Shown piece by piece: positions 44,171-54,104 of a stretch of 59,688 bases of DNA. The DNA comes from Nitrospinaceae bacterium. Lineage in GTDB: Bacteria > Nitrospinota > Nitrospinia > Nitrospinales > VA-1. Each line of letters begins with the position of its first letter. Positions within the stretch are counted from its first letter, which is position 1. Under the pieces are notes generated by a model. That model had not been told where the DNA came from, did no database searches, and saw nothing but the letters and a program-made list of their open reading frames with translations. The position numbers and the translations under genes are program-made. The stretch covers positions 1 to 59,688 of the forward strand of contig JBHHVU010000015.1 of assembly GCA_046754465.1 (NCBI GenBank), written 5' to 3'.

Positions 44171-46120
44171 ATGTCAAAAAAATTAATGTTAATCAATGCC
44201 GACCATCCAGAAGAATGCCGGGCGGTTCTTTTGGAGAACGGCAAAGTGGAAGACCTGATCGTCGAGCACGCTTCCCACGAGCAAATTAAAGGCAACGTCT
44301 ATCTGGCGACAATAAACCGTGTCGAGCCCTCGATCGAAGCCGCTTTCCTTGATATCGGGGGCCGAAAATTTGGTTTTTTGCCTTTTAAAGATGTCAGAAA
44401 GGATTCCTATCTCCATACGGGCGAGAAAAAGGCGAGAACGAGAATACAGGATGTCCTCGTCCGGGGCCAGAAACTGTTGGTGCAGGTGGTGAAGGAAGGC
44501 CGGGATGCCAAGGGTCCTTCACTGACCAATTGGATCAGTATTCCCGGCCGGTTTCTGGTTTTAATGGCGGGCCAGGAATCCAGCGCCATTTCCCGGAAAA
44601 TCGAGGATGAGGGAGAGCGTAAAAAACTCCGGGAGATCATCACCGAATTCAACTTGCCGGAGAACATGGGGGTGATCATCCGGACAGCCGGATTGGGCCG
44701 GACCAAGGCGGAACTTCAGAAAGACCTGCAAATGCTGATGAAAATCTGGGAAAACATAAATGACACCGTCAAAAAGGTGAGCTCGAGGGCGCCCGCCTTG
44801 GTTTACCGGGAACCGGACCTGGTGGTGCGGACGGTGCGCGACCATTTTACCACCGACACCTCGGAAATTATCGTGGACGACATGACGGCCTACAAGGCCA
44901 TCAATGAATTCGTCCATATGGTGATGCCCCGGATGCACCGGCGCGTGAAATTGTATCAGGAAACCAAGCCCCTCTTTTCCCAATACCATGTCGAAGAGCA
45001 GATCGATTCGATTTACGACCGGAAAGTCCTTTTGCCCTCCGGGGGTTCCATCGTTTTTGATAGCGGGGAGGCCATGGTCTCCATCGATGTCAACTCCGGA
45101 AAGACCACGGGCGCCAGCCAACTGGAAGAGACCGCCGTAAATACCAACCTGGAAGCCGCCGATGAAATCGCCAGGCAATTGCGGTTGCGGGATCTCGGGG
45201 GACTGGTGGTGATCGATTTCATCGATATGTTCCAGAAAAAAAACAAGTCCCTGGTTGAAAAACGTCTCAAACAGGGGTGCAAAAATGACAAGGCCCGGAT
45301 CAATATATCCCGGATTTCCAAGTTCGGCCTGTTAGAGATGTCCCGTCAACGGATGTCCCCTCCTGTAAAGGAAGGCGTGTTTGAACAGTGTTCTCTTTGC
45401 AGGGGATCGGGGCTGGTCAAATCCTCCGGGGCGGCGGCTTTGGGGGTCCTTCGGAAGATTCAGGAAAACCTGGCCCTGGGGAAGATTAAAAAGCTGGCCG
45501 TGGAAGGTTCCCCCGAGGTGGGGGATTACCTGCTCAATCACAAAATGAAATTTCTCATGGAATTGCAGGAAAGGCACCATTTCCAGGTCGAGTTTATAAG
45601 CCGACCGGGCCTTTCATTTGAAAATTTCACCTACACCGTCCTGGAAAGAAAAAGAGAAGAGGAACCCGTTCCCGAATCCCGGCCCAAGGAATTCAGGGGC
45701 CGGAAAAGGGATGAAACCAGAAAAACCGGGGAAAGCGCCCGGGAGGGAAAGGAGGAGCGGAAAGAAGACACCGCGGAAATGGAAAAGCCCCCGGGGCGGA
45801 AGCCCAAAACGGTTGGGAAAAAACGCTACACGCGCCGAAAAACAGTCGCCCGGAAAAGTTCCAGGAACCGCACCTACCGAAAACGGGTCCGGCGGCCCGA
45901 GTCCGCGGAGGCTTCATCGGACAGCAATAAACCCCTGACGGGGGAGGACTCTTCTAAAACAGGGAGCCCGCCGGGGGAAACCCATTCCATGGAAGAGAAG
46001 GCACCCGCCGGGGTGGCAGCAAATCCCATGAACCCCGCCGAACCCGCGGCCCGGCCCAAGGGACTCGATGTGAAAGAGGAGACCTCTCCGCCGCCTATTT
46101 CCGAGGAGCCCCCGGCCTGA
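44171..46120 (+). CDS. rne: ribonuclease E (Rne/Rng family) with disordered C-terminal region
   Basis: MLINA, S1 GNVY...EAAFLDIG, IDVNSG, LRDLGGLVVIDFIDM, CxxC Zn-link; R/K/P/E-rich tail. Confidence 0.95.
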   Translation: MSKKLMLINADHPEECRAVLLENGKVEDLIVEHASHEQIKGNVYLATINRVEPSIEAAFLDIGGRKFGFLPFKDVRKDSYLHTGEKKARTRIQDVLVRGQKLLVQVVKEGRDAKGPSLTNWISIPGRFLVLMAGQESSAISRKIEDEGERKKLREIITEFNLPENMGVIIRTAGLGRTKAELQKDLQMLMKIWENINDTVKKVSSRAPALVYREPDLVVRTVRDHFTTDTSEIIVDDMTAYKAINEFVHMVMPRMHRRVKLYQETKPLFSQYHVEEQIDSIYDRKVLLPSGGSIVFDSGEAMVSIDVNSGKTTGASQLEETAVNTNLEAADEIARQLRLRDLGGLVVIDFIDMFQKKNKSLVEKRLKQGCKNDKARINISRISKFGLLEMSRQRMSPPVKEGVFEQCSLCRGSGLVKSSGAAALGVLRKIQENLALGKIKKLAVEGSPEVGDYLLNHKMKFLMELQERHHFQVEFISRPGLSFENFTYTVLERKREEEPVPESRPKEFRGRKRDETRKTGESAREGKEERKEDTAEMEKPPGRKPKTVGKKRYTRRKTVARKSSRNRTYRKRVRRPESAEASSDSNKPLTGEDSSKTGSPPGETHSMEEKAPAGVAANPMNPAEPAARPKGLDVKEETSPPPISEEPPA

Positions 46121-46164
46121 TGGGGGCATGAAGCGGGCGCGTAATCAATGAGGGAAAATGGCCC

Positions 46165-46905
46165 TTAAGACCCGCGGGATGCGGAAAGGGCGCATCGAAA
46201 TCCCGTGTCCCAGAAACGTCCGCTGGGGGGAAGGAAATTTCGGTAAGGGATCATGTTGAATTCTTTCATGAATCCGTGTTGGCGTTTTTGAAAGGAACCC
46301 CCTCGAACTACCTTGAATCTTTTTCCAAAGTTTTCATCTTTGTAGGTGGAATTGGGGTAGGGCTGGTAGAAACTCGCCGTCCATTCGGAAACGTTCCCGT
46401 TCATGTCATACACCCCAAGGGGGGTGATGTCCTTTTCCATGCTTCCGACCGGTTTTACTGTTTTGCCAAAATTGGCGAATTCCTTTTGAAACGTGTTTCC
46501 CCATACATACAGGCGGCTATCCTGTCCCCTCGCGGCTTTTTCCCATTCCGATTCCGTTGGCAGGCGTTTGCCGATCCATAAACAATAAGCATCGGCTTCA
46601 TACCAGTTGATTCCCCGGATGGGTTCCCGGGGTTGCGCCACCGAATACTTTGCGTTCGGTTTGAAGCGAATGAAGTCCTCATAGGTGACCTCGTATCGGT
46701 CGATATAAAATGGGTCCTCGTATTTTTTTTGTATAGGTTGCGCATTTAAACCGATGGTGCGATCCGATAAAAATTGAAGGGAATCCGCTTGGGCCGCGAA
46801 ACCCAGCGTGAATTCGCCGGAGGGAACAAAAACCATGTCCGGTGGCGTTTTCCCGCAAGCGGAAAGAAGTGGGAGAACGAAAATAAAAAGGGGAATCAGT
46901 TTCAA
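46165..46905 (-). CDS. FGE-sulfatase (SUMF1) domain lipoprotein
   Basis: lipobox LSAC; YEVT, RLPTESEWEKAARG, YDMNGNVSEW, RGGS, GFRCA; TTG start overlaps the hmuY-like stop. Confidence 0.9.
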   Translation of the reverse strand: MKLIPLFIFVLPLLSACGKTPPDMVFVPSGEFTLGFAAQADSLQFLSDRTIGLNAQPIQKKYEDPFYIDRYEVTYEDFIRFKPNAKYSVAQPREPIRGINWYEADAYCLWIGKRLPTESEWEKAARGQDSRLYVWGNTFQKEFANFGKTVKPVGSMEKDITPLGVYDMNGNVSEWTASFYQPYPNSTYKDENFGKRFKVVRGGSFQKRQHGFMKEFNMIPYRNFLPPSGRFWDTGFRCALSASRGS

Positions 46906-47624
46906 GGATTGTTTTGCTCGGTTTTCATAACAATCTGGGCCGGGGCGGGGGGCGGGGCGGGAAAGGTTTCCTTTCCGGGGAGCGCCAGCACATATTCAAC
47001 CGTAAGACAGGCAGCCTCATCCCGCGAGCACATGAGCGTACGGCAATCCCGGTCCGCCCGGGTGCAATAATAATTGAGAATGCGTAATTTCAGGTAACGG
47101 CCGGACGCGGTTTTTACGACGTACACATTTTTCCTGGATTCCACATTATGGGTCCGGGTCCGGTAATTGTACCAGTCAGAAACGGCTTCGTTTTTGGCAA
47201 CTCCTAAAAACCGGGTGTCCTGGGTAAATTTCGACGGAGGAATTTCCCGAACACTATCGAAATCCACCGGACCCAGATTGAGGATGCCCACCCGGCCCTG
47301 GGGATTGGTTACCCCGCTGTTGGAGATGATTTTGGTCCGTTGAAACCCAAGGTCCCAGGGAAATTCCTGCAACTTTCCCTTTTCCTCGTCGGGGTCGGTC
47401 ACCCGATACGTTCTGCCGGTGGAAAAATCCACCAGCGTCCAGCTCTCCCGGGAAGTGGCATCCACGCGGAGCACGGGATTCCGGGTGGTGATCTTTTCTA
47501 CTTTTTTCGGTGGCAGGGGGACGCTTTCGAAATCCTCGATATTCTCCACCATGAAAATCATGGCCCTGTAAAAGACAAACGAGGCCACCAGAAGAATCCC
47601 GAATACTTTGAGAGTACTTTTCAT
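46902..47624 (-). CDS. HmuY-family heme-binding protein, N-terminally anchored
   Basis: VDATS..SW...DF, WDLGFQR..I..NSG, WYNY...H, VYVVKTASGRYLKLRILNYY. Confidence 0.85.
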   Translation of the reverse strand: MKSTLKVFGILLVASFVFYRAMIFMVENIEDFESVPLPPKKVEKITTRNPVLRVDATSRESWTLVDFSTGRTYRVTDPDEEKGKLQEFPWDLGFQRTKIISNSGVTNPQGRVGILNLGPVDFDSVREIPPSKFTQDTRFLGVAKNEAVSDWYNYRTRTHNVESRKNVYVVKTASGRYLKLRILNYYCTRADRDCRTLMCSRDEAACLTVEYVLALPGKETFPAPPPAPAQIVMKTEQNNP

Positions 47625-47874
47625 CGTTGGTATCTTACCACAATGGTTCCGGGGGTTCATCCGCGGTTGTTGGTAAGGGTCTTCCGCTAACAAGGCGGCT
47701 GGAATGATTCCCCAACCGGTTTTCCCGGCCTCCGATGGCGCGGCCTGGGATTAAGTTCCATGGATACAAATCCCTCAAAAAAATAATACTTTTCAACCTG
47801 ATTTTGGTGAGATATATTTTTAAAAATTAGATATAATTATAGAGTAATTTTTTAATTCCTTAATTTGCAAGGAA

Positions 47875-48501
47875 ATGGGAAAAGATCGCGAGTTCGAGTA
47901 TAAAAAGATCCTGATCGAGAATTACCTGAAAGCGGAATTTCATAAGAAATTCCGGCGAAATTCGAAAATTTCTGTCAGGAAACGGCAAAAATTCATGGGT
48001 GAGATTACCCGAAAAGTCGGCAAGAAATTTGGGAAAGAGGTTTTGTGCCTCATCGATTTCAACAAAGGTGGATTTGTCACCCTGGTTTCACCGACTCGGA
48101 CCGAATCGACCGACAAGGGAAAGCTGATCCAGTCCTTCTCCCATCCCCAGGTTTTTTATACAACCCATTGCGTCGAGCGGTTTAGCGAAAGGACCCGCAC
48201 CGAGGAGAACTGCATCGTGCTCCTCGACGCCAGCATGGGAGACGCCTTATTATCCTTTGGAGAGCACGGGGGGTATTTGACCTGTCCCACCGGGATTTTC
48301 GCCTATGAAATGGAAAATGACCGGCTGATCGTCAAGACGTTTATCCACTTCGAAATGTTGACGACCAAACAGATCAAGAATTTTTATGGTCCGGGAATGA
48401 TTTCGACGTTTCCAGAGGAATTTTTCGCCGATGACGCTAGCGAAAGCGACTTTATATTGGCGGACGAGTTCAATCATCTCACCCAAAAACCTCAAAATTA
48501 A
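47875..48501 (+). CDS. hypothetical protein
   Basis: 208-aa ORF after an AT-rich spacer; contains YTTHCVERFSER. Confidence 0.7.
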   Translation: MGKDREFEYKKILIENYLKAEFHKKFRRNSKISVRKRQKFMGEITRKVGKKFGKEVLCLIDFNKGGFVTLVSPTRTESTDKGKLIQSFSHPQVFYTTHCVERFSERTRTEENCIVLLDASMGDALLSFGEHGGYLTCPTGIFAYEMENDRLIVKTFIHFEMLTTKQIKNFYGPGMISTFPEEFFADDASESDFILADEFNHLTQKPQN

Positions 48502-48594
48502 CAAGCGGGTCGATTTTCGGTATTAACCAGAGGCCTTTCCCTCTACTCCGGATTTTGAATGTCCCCATTCAAAATTTCCTAAACCCCCTTTGAA

Positions 48595-49251
48595 ATGATC
48601 CAGGTTTACAATGTTTCCAAGACATACGCCGGAGTCACACCGGCCTTGTCCGATGTTTCCTTTTCCGTCAAAAAGGGGGAATTTGTTTTTCTGACGGGGC
48701 CGAGTGGCGCCGGGAAAACCACCCTTTTGAAGCTTCTCTTCCGATGGGAAACATTTGACCGGGGCCAGGTTTTGGTCCACGGGATCAATGTGGGAAAAAT
48801 CAAGGAGCATAAGCTTTATAGTTTGCGCCGAAAAATTGGCGTTGTCTTTCAGGATTATAAATTGCTGGCCCGAAAAACCGTATTCGAAAACGTGGCCTTC
48901 GCGCAGGAGATCGTGGGCGCCGAGCGGAAAAAAATTCGCTACAAAACCTGGGAAGCCTTGAAAAATGTGGGACTGACCCATAAGAAAGACTCCTATCCTC
49001 TCCAACTTTCCGGTGGAGAGCAGCAGCGGGTTGCCATCGCCCGCGCCCTGGTCAATTCCCCGCGAATCCTCCTTGCCGATGAACCCACGGGAAACCTCGA
49101 CTTCGAAATTTCCCGGGAAATCCTGAAACTATTCGAGGAAGCGAATCAGCAGGGGGTCACGGTTGTGTTTGCCACCCATAACCAGGAACTGATTCACTCG
49201 GGGAACCACCCCGTCGTTTATCTCAATCGGGGGAGGGTGGTTTCACCTTGA
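48595..49251 (+). CDS. ftsE: cell division ABC ATPase FtsE
   Basis: [36 protein letters not shown]. Confidence 0.96.
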   Translation: MIQVYNVSKTYAGVTPALSDVSFSVKKGEFVFLTGPSGAGKTTLLKLLFRWETFDRGQVLVHGINVGKIKEHKLYSLRRKIGVVFQDYKLLARKTVFENVAFAQEIVGAERKKIRYKTWEALKNVGLTHKKDSYPLQLSGGEQQRVAIARALVNSPRILLADEPTGNLDFEISREILKLFEEANQQGVTVVFATHNQELIHSGNHPVVYLNRGRVVSP

Positions 49252-50165
49252 AAAGGTTGGTGCAATTCATGATCCAGGCCGCCAGAACCACGGCTTCCAA
49301 TATAAAATCCAACAGCCAGGTTTTTTGGGTTTCCATTTTCACCATCGCGGTAGCCCTCTCCATCCTGGGTCTGTTTTTGATAATTTTCGTTAATCTCAAT
49401 TCCTTTCTGGCAACCTGGAGCAAGCAGGTGCAACTGATCGTCTATCTCGACGACCACATCCCCTCAAAGCAATTAAACCTATTAAAAAAGTTGATCTTAA
49501 AGAATCCAGACGTGGAGTCGGTCACCTATATTACCCGGGAAGAGGCTTGGAAAAAATTCAAAAACACCTTTTCCAGGAAATCCAGTTTCCTGAGCGATCT
49601 CGAGTTCAATCCCCTGCCGGGGTCCTATAACATCAAAATCAAACCCTCCCCGGACCGGCTGGCCAAAATCCGGCAATTCGCCGGTGTTTTGAAGGACAAG
49701 AACGGAGTGGAGTCGGTGGAGTACGGTGAAAAATGGATTGGGGCTTTCGAGAAATTTATGATTTTTATTCGGGTGTTCCTCTTGGCGGTAGGAGGCATAT
49801 TGAGTCTGGGCCTGATTTTTATCATTTCCAATACCATCAAGCTTTCCTTTTACTCCAGGAAGGACGAAACCGAATTGATGCTCCTGATCGGTGCCACCCA
49901 CCGATTCGTCCGGGTCCCGTTCCTGATCGAAGGTGTGCTTCAGGGACTTTTAGGAGCCATGATCGGGCTCACCCTGATTAAATCCATCCAGCTTTATTTG
50001 AAGTTTCAGTTTCAGGGGTCCCTGGAATCCATCACCCGCGGAATGGAATTCCAGTTCCTCTCCCAGCCGTTGATACTGGCGCTCCTGGCGGCCAGCGCGT
50101 TCATTGGCTGGGTGGGCAGTCATCTCTCCATCAACCAGTTTCTGGAGTCCGACATCCACCCATGA
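49248..50165 (+). CDS. ftsX: cell division permease FtsX
   Basis: 4 TM; NPLP.SY, ISNTIKL, LIGAT..FVR.PFLIEG. Confidence 0.95.
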   Translation: MKRLVQFMIQAARTTASNIKSNSQVFWVSIFTIAVALSILGLFLIIFVNLNSFLATWSKQVQLIVYLDDHIPSKQLNLLKKLILKNPDVESVTYITREEAWKKFKNTFSRKSSFLSDLEFNPLPGSYNIKIKPSPDRLAKIRQFAGVLKDKNGVESVEYGEKWIGAFEKFMIFIRVFLLAVGGILSLGLIFIISNTIKLSFYSRKDETELMLLIGATHRFVRVPFLIEGVLQGLLGAMIGLTLIKSIQLYLKFQFQGSLESITRGMEFQFLSQPLILALLAASAFIGWVGSHLSINQFLESDIHP

Positions 50166-51349
50166 GAAAGTCATTCAGCCAGAAATTCTGGATGTTCTTT
50201 TTAATATCCCTGGCTTCCACCGGTATGGCGGGAGGCACCTTCGCCGATCCTATCGCGGAGATCAATGCCCAGATCGACAAGGAAAAGTCTGAACTGGAAA
50301 AACTGAAGGCCAAAATCGAAAAGCGGGAACAATCTATTCAGATGGCCGGGTCCAAGGAGAAATCCGTCCTCAGAACCCTGAGGCGGATCGAGAGCAAGCT
50401 GGAATTGAAAGAACGGGAACTCAAGATTTACCGGTGGAACAACAGGATCAATCAGAAGAAGATCGCCCGCCTGACCCAAAACATTCAAAAGGCGGAACAG
50501 CAGTTGAAGCGGCAAAAACACGTTCTGGGAGAAAGGTTGCGTGCCATTTACAAGGAAGGACGGATGTTTCCCATCAAGGTGTTGTTTTCGGCGGAAAACT
50601 TCAACGACCTCCTTCAACGGATCAAATACATGGAGACCATCACCGCCTATGATTCCTCGCTTTTCCACCGCTACGGAGAACGATTGAAAGCCCTGGAGGT
50701 GGAAAAGCAGGCCTTGTTGAAGGCACGGGCCAGGCTCATGGAAGTGGAAAAAAATACGCGGGAAAAACAGAAGGAAATCCAGAATAAGAAAATTGAAAAG
50801 TCCAACTTTCTAAGAAAATTAAAGCGAGAAAAAAAACTCAGCATTCAAGTTCGAAAAGAACTCGTTAAAGCTTCGGACAATTTAAATAATTTGATTTTAA
50901 AGTTACTGGACAAGCTGGACCGGGGAGAAGGATTGGAGATCGCCGACCGGAAAGGCCGGTTGAAAATGCCGGTCAAGGGTCCGTTTCTCAATAAATTCGG
51001 GAAAAAAAGGAACAAACAATACGAAACCTATATAATTTATAATGGAGTGAACATCAAAGTGCCCAAGGGAACCCCCGTAAGGGCGGTATTTCAGGGAAAA
51101 GTTTTATTCGCCAGCGATCTGGAAGGATATGGCAACCTGATTATTCTTGGACACGGCAAAGATTACCATTCCTTATATGGTCATTTGGATAAAATTATTA
51201 CCGCCGTGGGAAAGACCGTGCGAACCGGTCAAATCATCGGCCGGTCGGGGGATACCGGCTCTCTCGTGGGTGAAACCCTTTATTTTGAAATGCGCCATAA
51301 TGGCAAGCCCGTCGAGCCCACCCGATGGTTTCAATTGGCCCAACGGTAG
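50162..51349 (+). CDS. envC: murein hydrolase activator EnvC (coiled coil plus degenerate M23)
   Basis: long coiled coil; M23 domain without Zn ligands (YNGVNI, LYFEMR). Confidence 0.9.
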   Translation: MRKSFSQKFWMFFLISLASTGMAGGTFADPIAEINAQIDKEKSELEKLKAKIEKREQSIQMAGSKEKSVLRTLRRIESKLELKERELKIYRWNNRINQKKIARLTQNIQKAEQQLKRQKHVLGERLRAIYKEGRMFPIKVLFSAENFNDLLQRIKYMETITAYDSSLFHRYGERLKALEVEKQALLKARARLMEVEKNTREKQKEIQNKKIEKSNFLRKLKREKKLSIQVRKELVKASDNLNNLILKLLDKLDRGEGLEIADRKGRLKMPVKGPFLNKFGKKRNKQYETYIIYNGVNIKVPKGTPVRAVFQGKVLFASDLEGYGNLIILGHGKDYHSLYGHLDKIITAVGKTVRTGQIIGRSGDTGSLVGETLYFEMRHNGKPVEPTRWFQLAQR

Positions 51350-51400
51350 GTCACGATCTGTTTCATGCGTGGATTCCTGAATTGGGTTATAATTGATTGA

Positions 51401-52909
51401 ATGCTTAAAAACCTTTCACTGGGAGAAACAAACTTGACTTCCATAAAACAAAAAACTGAATTCACGGCCGTAAAGTCCATGACCTCGGTCATAAGGGTAT
51501 TAGGCCTCCTGGTTATTTTGATTCTGCTGGGCACCACATACGTTTCCGGCGCGGAGGAAAATAAAGAGGGAAAGGAAAAACCCGGTCCCAGCACCTATGA
51601 AAAGCTCAAGGTCTTTTCGGAGATACTTTCCCTGGTAGAGTCCAATTACGTAGAGGATGTCAAGAGTGACGAACTGATCGATGGCGCCATTCGGGGAATG
51701 GTGAAAACCCTGGATCCCCATACCAGTTATTTGCCCCCCAAATCCTATAAGGAAATGCTTGTAGATACATCGGGGAAGTTTGGTGGGCTGGGAATCGAAA
51801 TTAGCATGAGAAAAGGTATATTGACCGTTGTCTCTCCGATAGAAGGGACACCGGCGGACAAGGCCGGGGTCCTCGCCGGGGACAAGATCATCAAAATCGA
51901 GGATGAGTCGACCCTGGACATGACCCTCACGCAAGCAGTGAACCGCCTTCGCGGTGAAAGGGGAACGCCGATCACGATCACCATCTTCAGGGAATCCCTG
52001 GATGCCCCCAAGGAAATAACCATCGTCAGGGATATTATCAAGGTTCGCAGCGTCATTAAGAAGATGTATGGCGACGGCGTCGGGTATATCAAAATCAGGA
52101 GCTTTTCCAAGTCCACCACGGTCGATCTGGACCAGGCCCTCGATGAACTGGCAAAACAGGGTGCCACCAAACTGATCCTGGATGTCAGGAACAATCCGGG
52201 TGGGTTGCTCAATCAGGCGGTGGAAGTGTCAGACCGTTTTCTGGACAAGGAAAACCTGATTGTCTATACCAAGGGACGCAGCGAGGAACAGAACATGCGG
52301 TTCACCACTCACGACAAGGTAAAACGGGTGCAATATCCCATGATCATTTTGGTGAATGGAGGCAGCGCCAGCGCGTCGGAAATCGTGGCGGGCGCCCTTC
52401 AGGATCTTGGGCGGGCCGTGATATTAGGGACCCAGACCTTTGGTAAAGGCTCGGTGCAAACCATTATTCCACTCAGCGACGGTTCCGCCCTGCGCTTGAC
52501 CACCGCAAGATATTACACTCCCAGCGGGCGGGTCATTCAGGAAAACGGGATCACTCCTGATATCATCGTGGAAATGCCGGTGGTGGACAGTTCCGCGAAA
52601 AACGATGATGATAAGAAAAAGGAATCTTCCGAGAAGGAGAAGATGCGCCGGTTTCTGCGTGAAAAAGATCTGAAAAAACACCTCAAGGGTAAAAGCAGTA
52701 TAGAGGATAGCATCCCGGAAAAACCCGAGGGGGAGGAAAAGGACCAGCCGGAAGAACCCGAAGTTAAAATAAACAAGGATTTGGAGAAAGATTATCAGCT
52801 CCGCGAAGCTGTGGCCTTGCTCAAGGGATGGGATATCATGAATAAAGCCATCCGATCCCATGGCCCAAATAAACGAGGGGTGAATCCAAGTCAAATCAGT
52901 ATGAATTAA
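51401..52909 (+). CDS. ctpA: carboxyl-terminal processing protease (S41A); start may be 51479
   Basis: LDPHTSY, PDZ GGLGI, DVRNNPGG, SASASEI, TFGKGSVQ, GITPDI. Confidence 0.95.
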   Translation: MLKNLSLGETNLTSIKQKTEFTAVKSMTSVIRVLGLLVILILLGTTYVSGAEENKEGKEKPGPSTYEKLKVFSEILSLVESNYVEDVKSDELIDGAIRGMVKTLDPHTSYLPPKSYKEMLVDTSGKFGGLGIEISMRKGILTVVSPIEGTPADKAGVLAGDKIIKIEDESTLDMTLTQAVNRLRGERGTPITITIFRESLDAPKEITIVRDIIKVRSVIKKMYGDGVGYIKIRSFSKSTTVDLDQALDELAKQGATKLILDVRNNPGGLLNQAVEVSDRFLDKENLIVYTKGRSEEQNMRFTTHDKVKRVQYPMIILVNGGSASASEIVAGALQDLGRAVILGTQTFGKGSVQTIIPLSDGSALRLTTARYYTPSGRVIQENGITPDIIVEMPVVDSSAKNDDDKKKESSEKEKMRRFLREKDLKKHLKGKSSIEDSIPEKPEGEEKDQPEEPEVKINKDLEKDYQLREAVALLKGWDIMNKAIRSHGPNKRGVNPSQISMN

Positions 52910-53047
52910 TAATGGGATCACCCCAAGGCAGCATTGGGGAACCCAGGATCTGCAACAGGTTTCATTGAAAAATGAATCGCTCTCATTGAACTCCTTAACA
53001 GGCCGAATTTCCTTGAACTCGTCGAAGGGTCAACCCCCAGGAAAACG

Positions 53048-54079
53048 ATGTTGGTTCTTGGAATAGAAACCTCGTGTGATGAAACTGCCGCCGCTGTCCT
53101 GAAGGATGGCAGTGACCTATTATCGAGTGTCATATCCGATCAAATCGATCTGCACAGCCGGTACGGTGGGGTTGTGCCCGAGTTGGCGGGACGTTGCCAT
53201 ATTGAAAAAATCCATCGGGTGATTGAGCAGTCCCTCCGGGAAGCGGGTATCACCTTAAGGGATATTGACCTCATCGCCGCGACCATGGGGCCCGGGCTGG
53301 TAGGCTCGCTTTTGGTGGGTCTCAATACCGCCAAGGGTATTGCCTACAGTTCGAAAATTCCCCTTCTCGGCATCAACCATCTCGAAGGCCATCTGCTGGC
53401 GGTTTTCCTTGAGGAAACCATGGAATTCCCCTTCCTTGGGCTTTGTGTTTCGGGGGGACACACTGACCTTTACGGGGTGAACGGTTTTTGCGATTACACC
53501 TTGCTGGGGCGAACACGCGATGACGCCGCCGGCGAGTCATTCGATAAGGTTGCCAAGATGATGGGGTTGGGATATCCCGGCGGGCCGGTGATCGAAAAGC
53601 TGGCGCGTTCCGGAAATCCCCGGGCTCACCGGTTTCCCAGAGCCTTCCTGGAAAAAGATTCCCTCGACTTCAGTTTCAGCGGACTCAAAACCTCCGTCCG
53701 TTTCCTGCTGGAAAACCGGCGCAAGGGGAAAGGACCCGACTTGACCAACGCGGATATCGCCGCCAGTTTCCAGGAAGCGGTGATCGATGTTCTGGTCAGG
53801 AAAATGCTTGCCGCTTGTGACAAAATGAGGTTGACCCGTGTGGTGCTGACGGGTGGCGTGGCTGCGAACGGGGCTTTGAGACACGCCGTCAAACACGCCG
53901 CCGCCCAACGCGGCATCGCTTCCTTTTTCCCCGGCCCCGAGTTTTGCACCGACAACGCGGCGATGATCGCCTGTGCGGGGTATTACCGGTATAAACACCG
54001 CTCGTCGCAGGGAAACGAACCTTTGAATCTCGATGCTTGCGCCAATCTTTCCCTGGATTACCGAGAGGAAAATCGTTGA
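53048..54079 (+). CDS. tsaD: tRNA N6-threonylcarbamoyltransferase
   Basis: GIETSCDET, NHLEGH, VSGGHT, DDAAGESFDK, GGVAAN, CTDNAAMI. Confidence 0.98.
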   Translation: MLVLGIETSCDETAAAVLKDGSDLLSSVISDQIDLHSRYGGVVPELAGRCHIEKIHRVIEQSLREAGITLRDIDLIAATMGPGLVGSLLVGLNTAKGIAYSSKIPLLGINHLEGHLLAVFLEETMEFPFLGLCVSGGHTDLYGVNGFCDYTLLGRTRDDAAGESFDKVAKMMGLGYPGGPVIEKLARSGNPRAHRFPRAFLEKDSLDFSFSGLKTSVRFLLENRRKGKGPDLTNADIAASFQEAVIDVLVRKMLAACDKMRLTRVVLTGGVAANGALRHAVKHAAAQRGIASFFPGPEFCTDNAAMIACAGYYRYKHRSSQGNEPLNLDACANLSLDYREENR

Positions 54080-54104
54080 AGGAGTTTCCGGGAAAAGATT
54101 CCCA

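Noticed and set aside
47625..47874. Fur box upstream of the hmuY-like gene
   Set aside because: AT-rich, but no convincing GATAATGATAATCATTATC-like match.
50900..51349. Degenerate M23 active site as a novelty
   Set aside because: Loss of Zn ligands is the normal state of EnvC.
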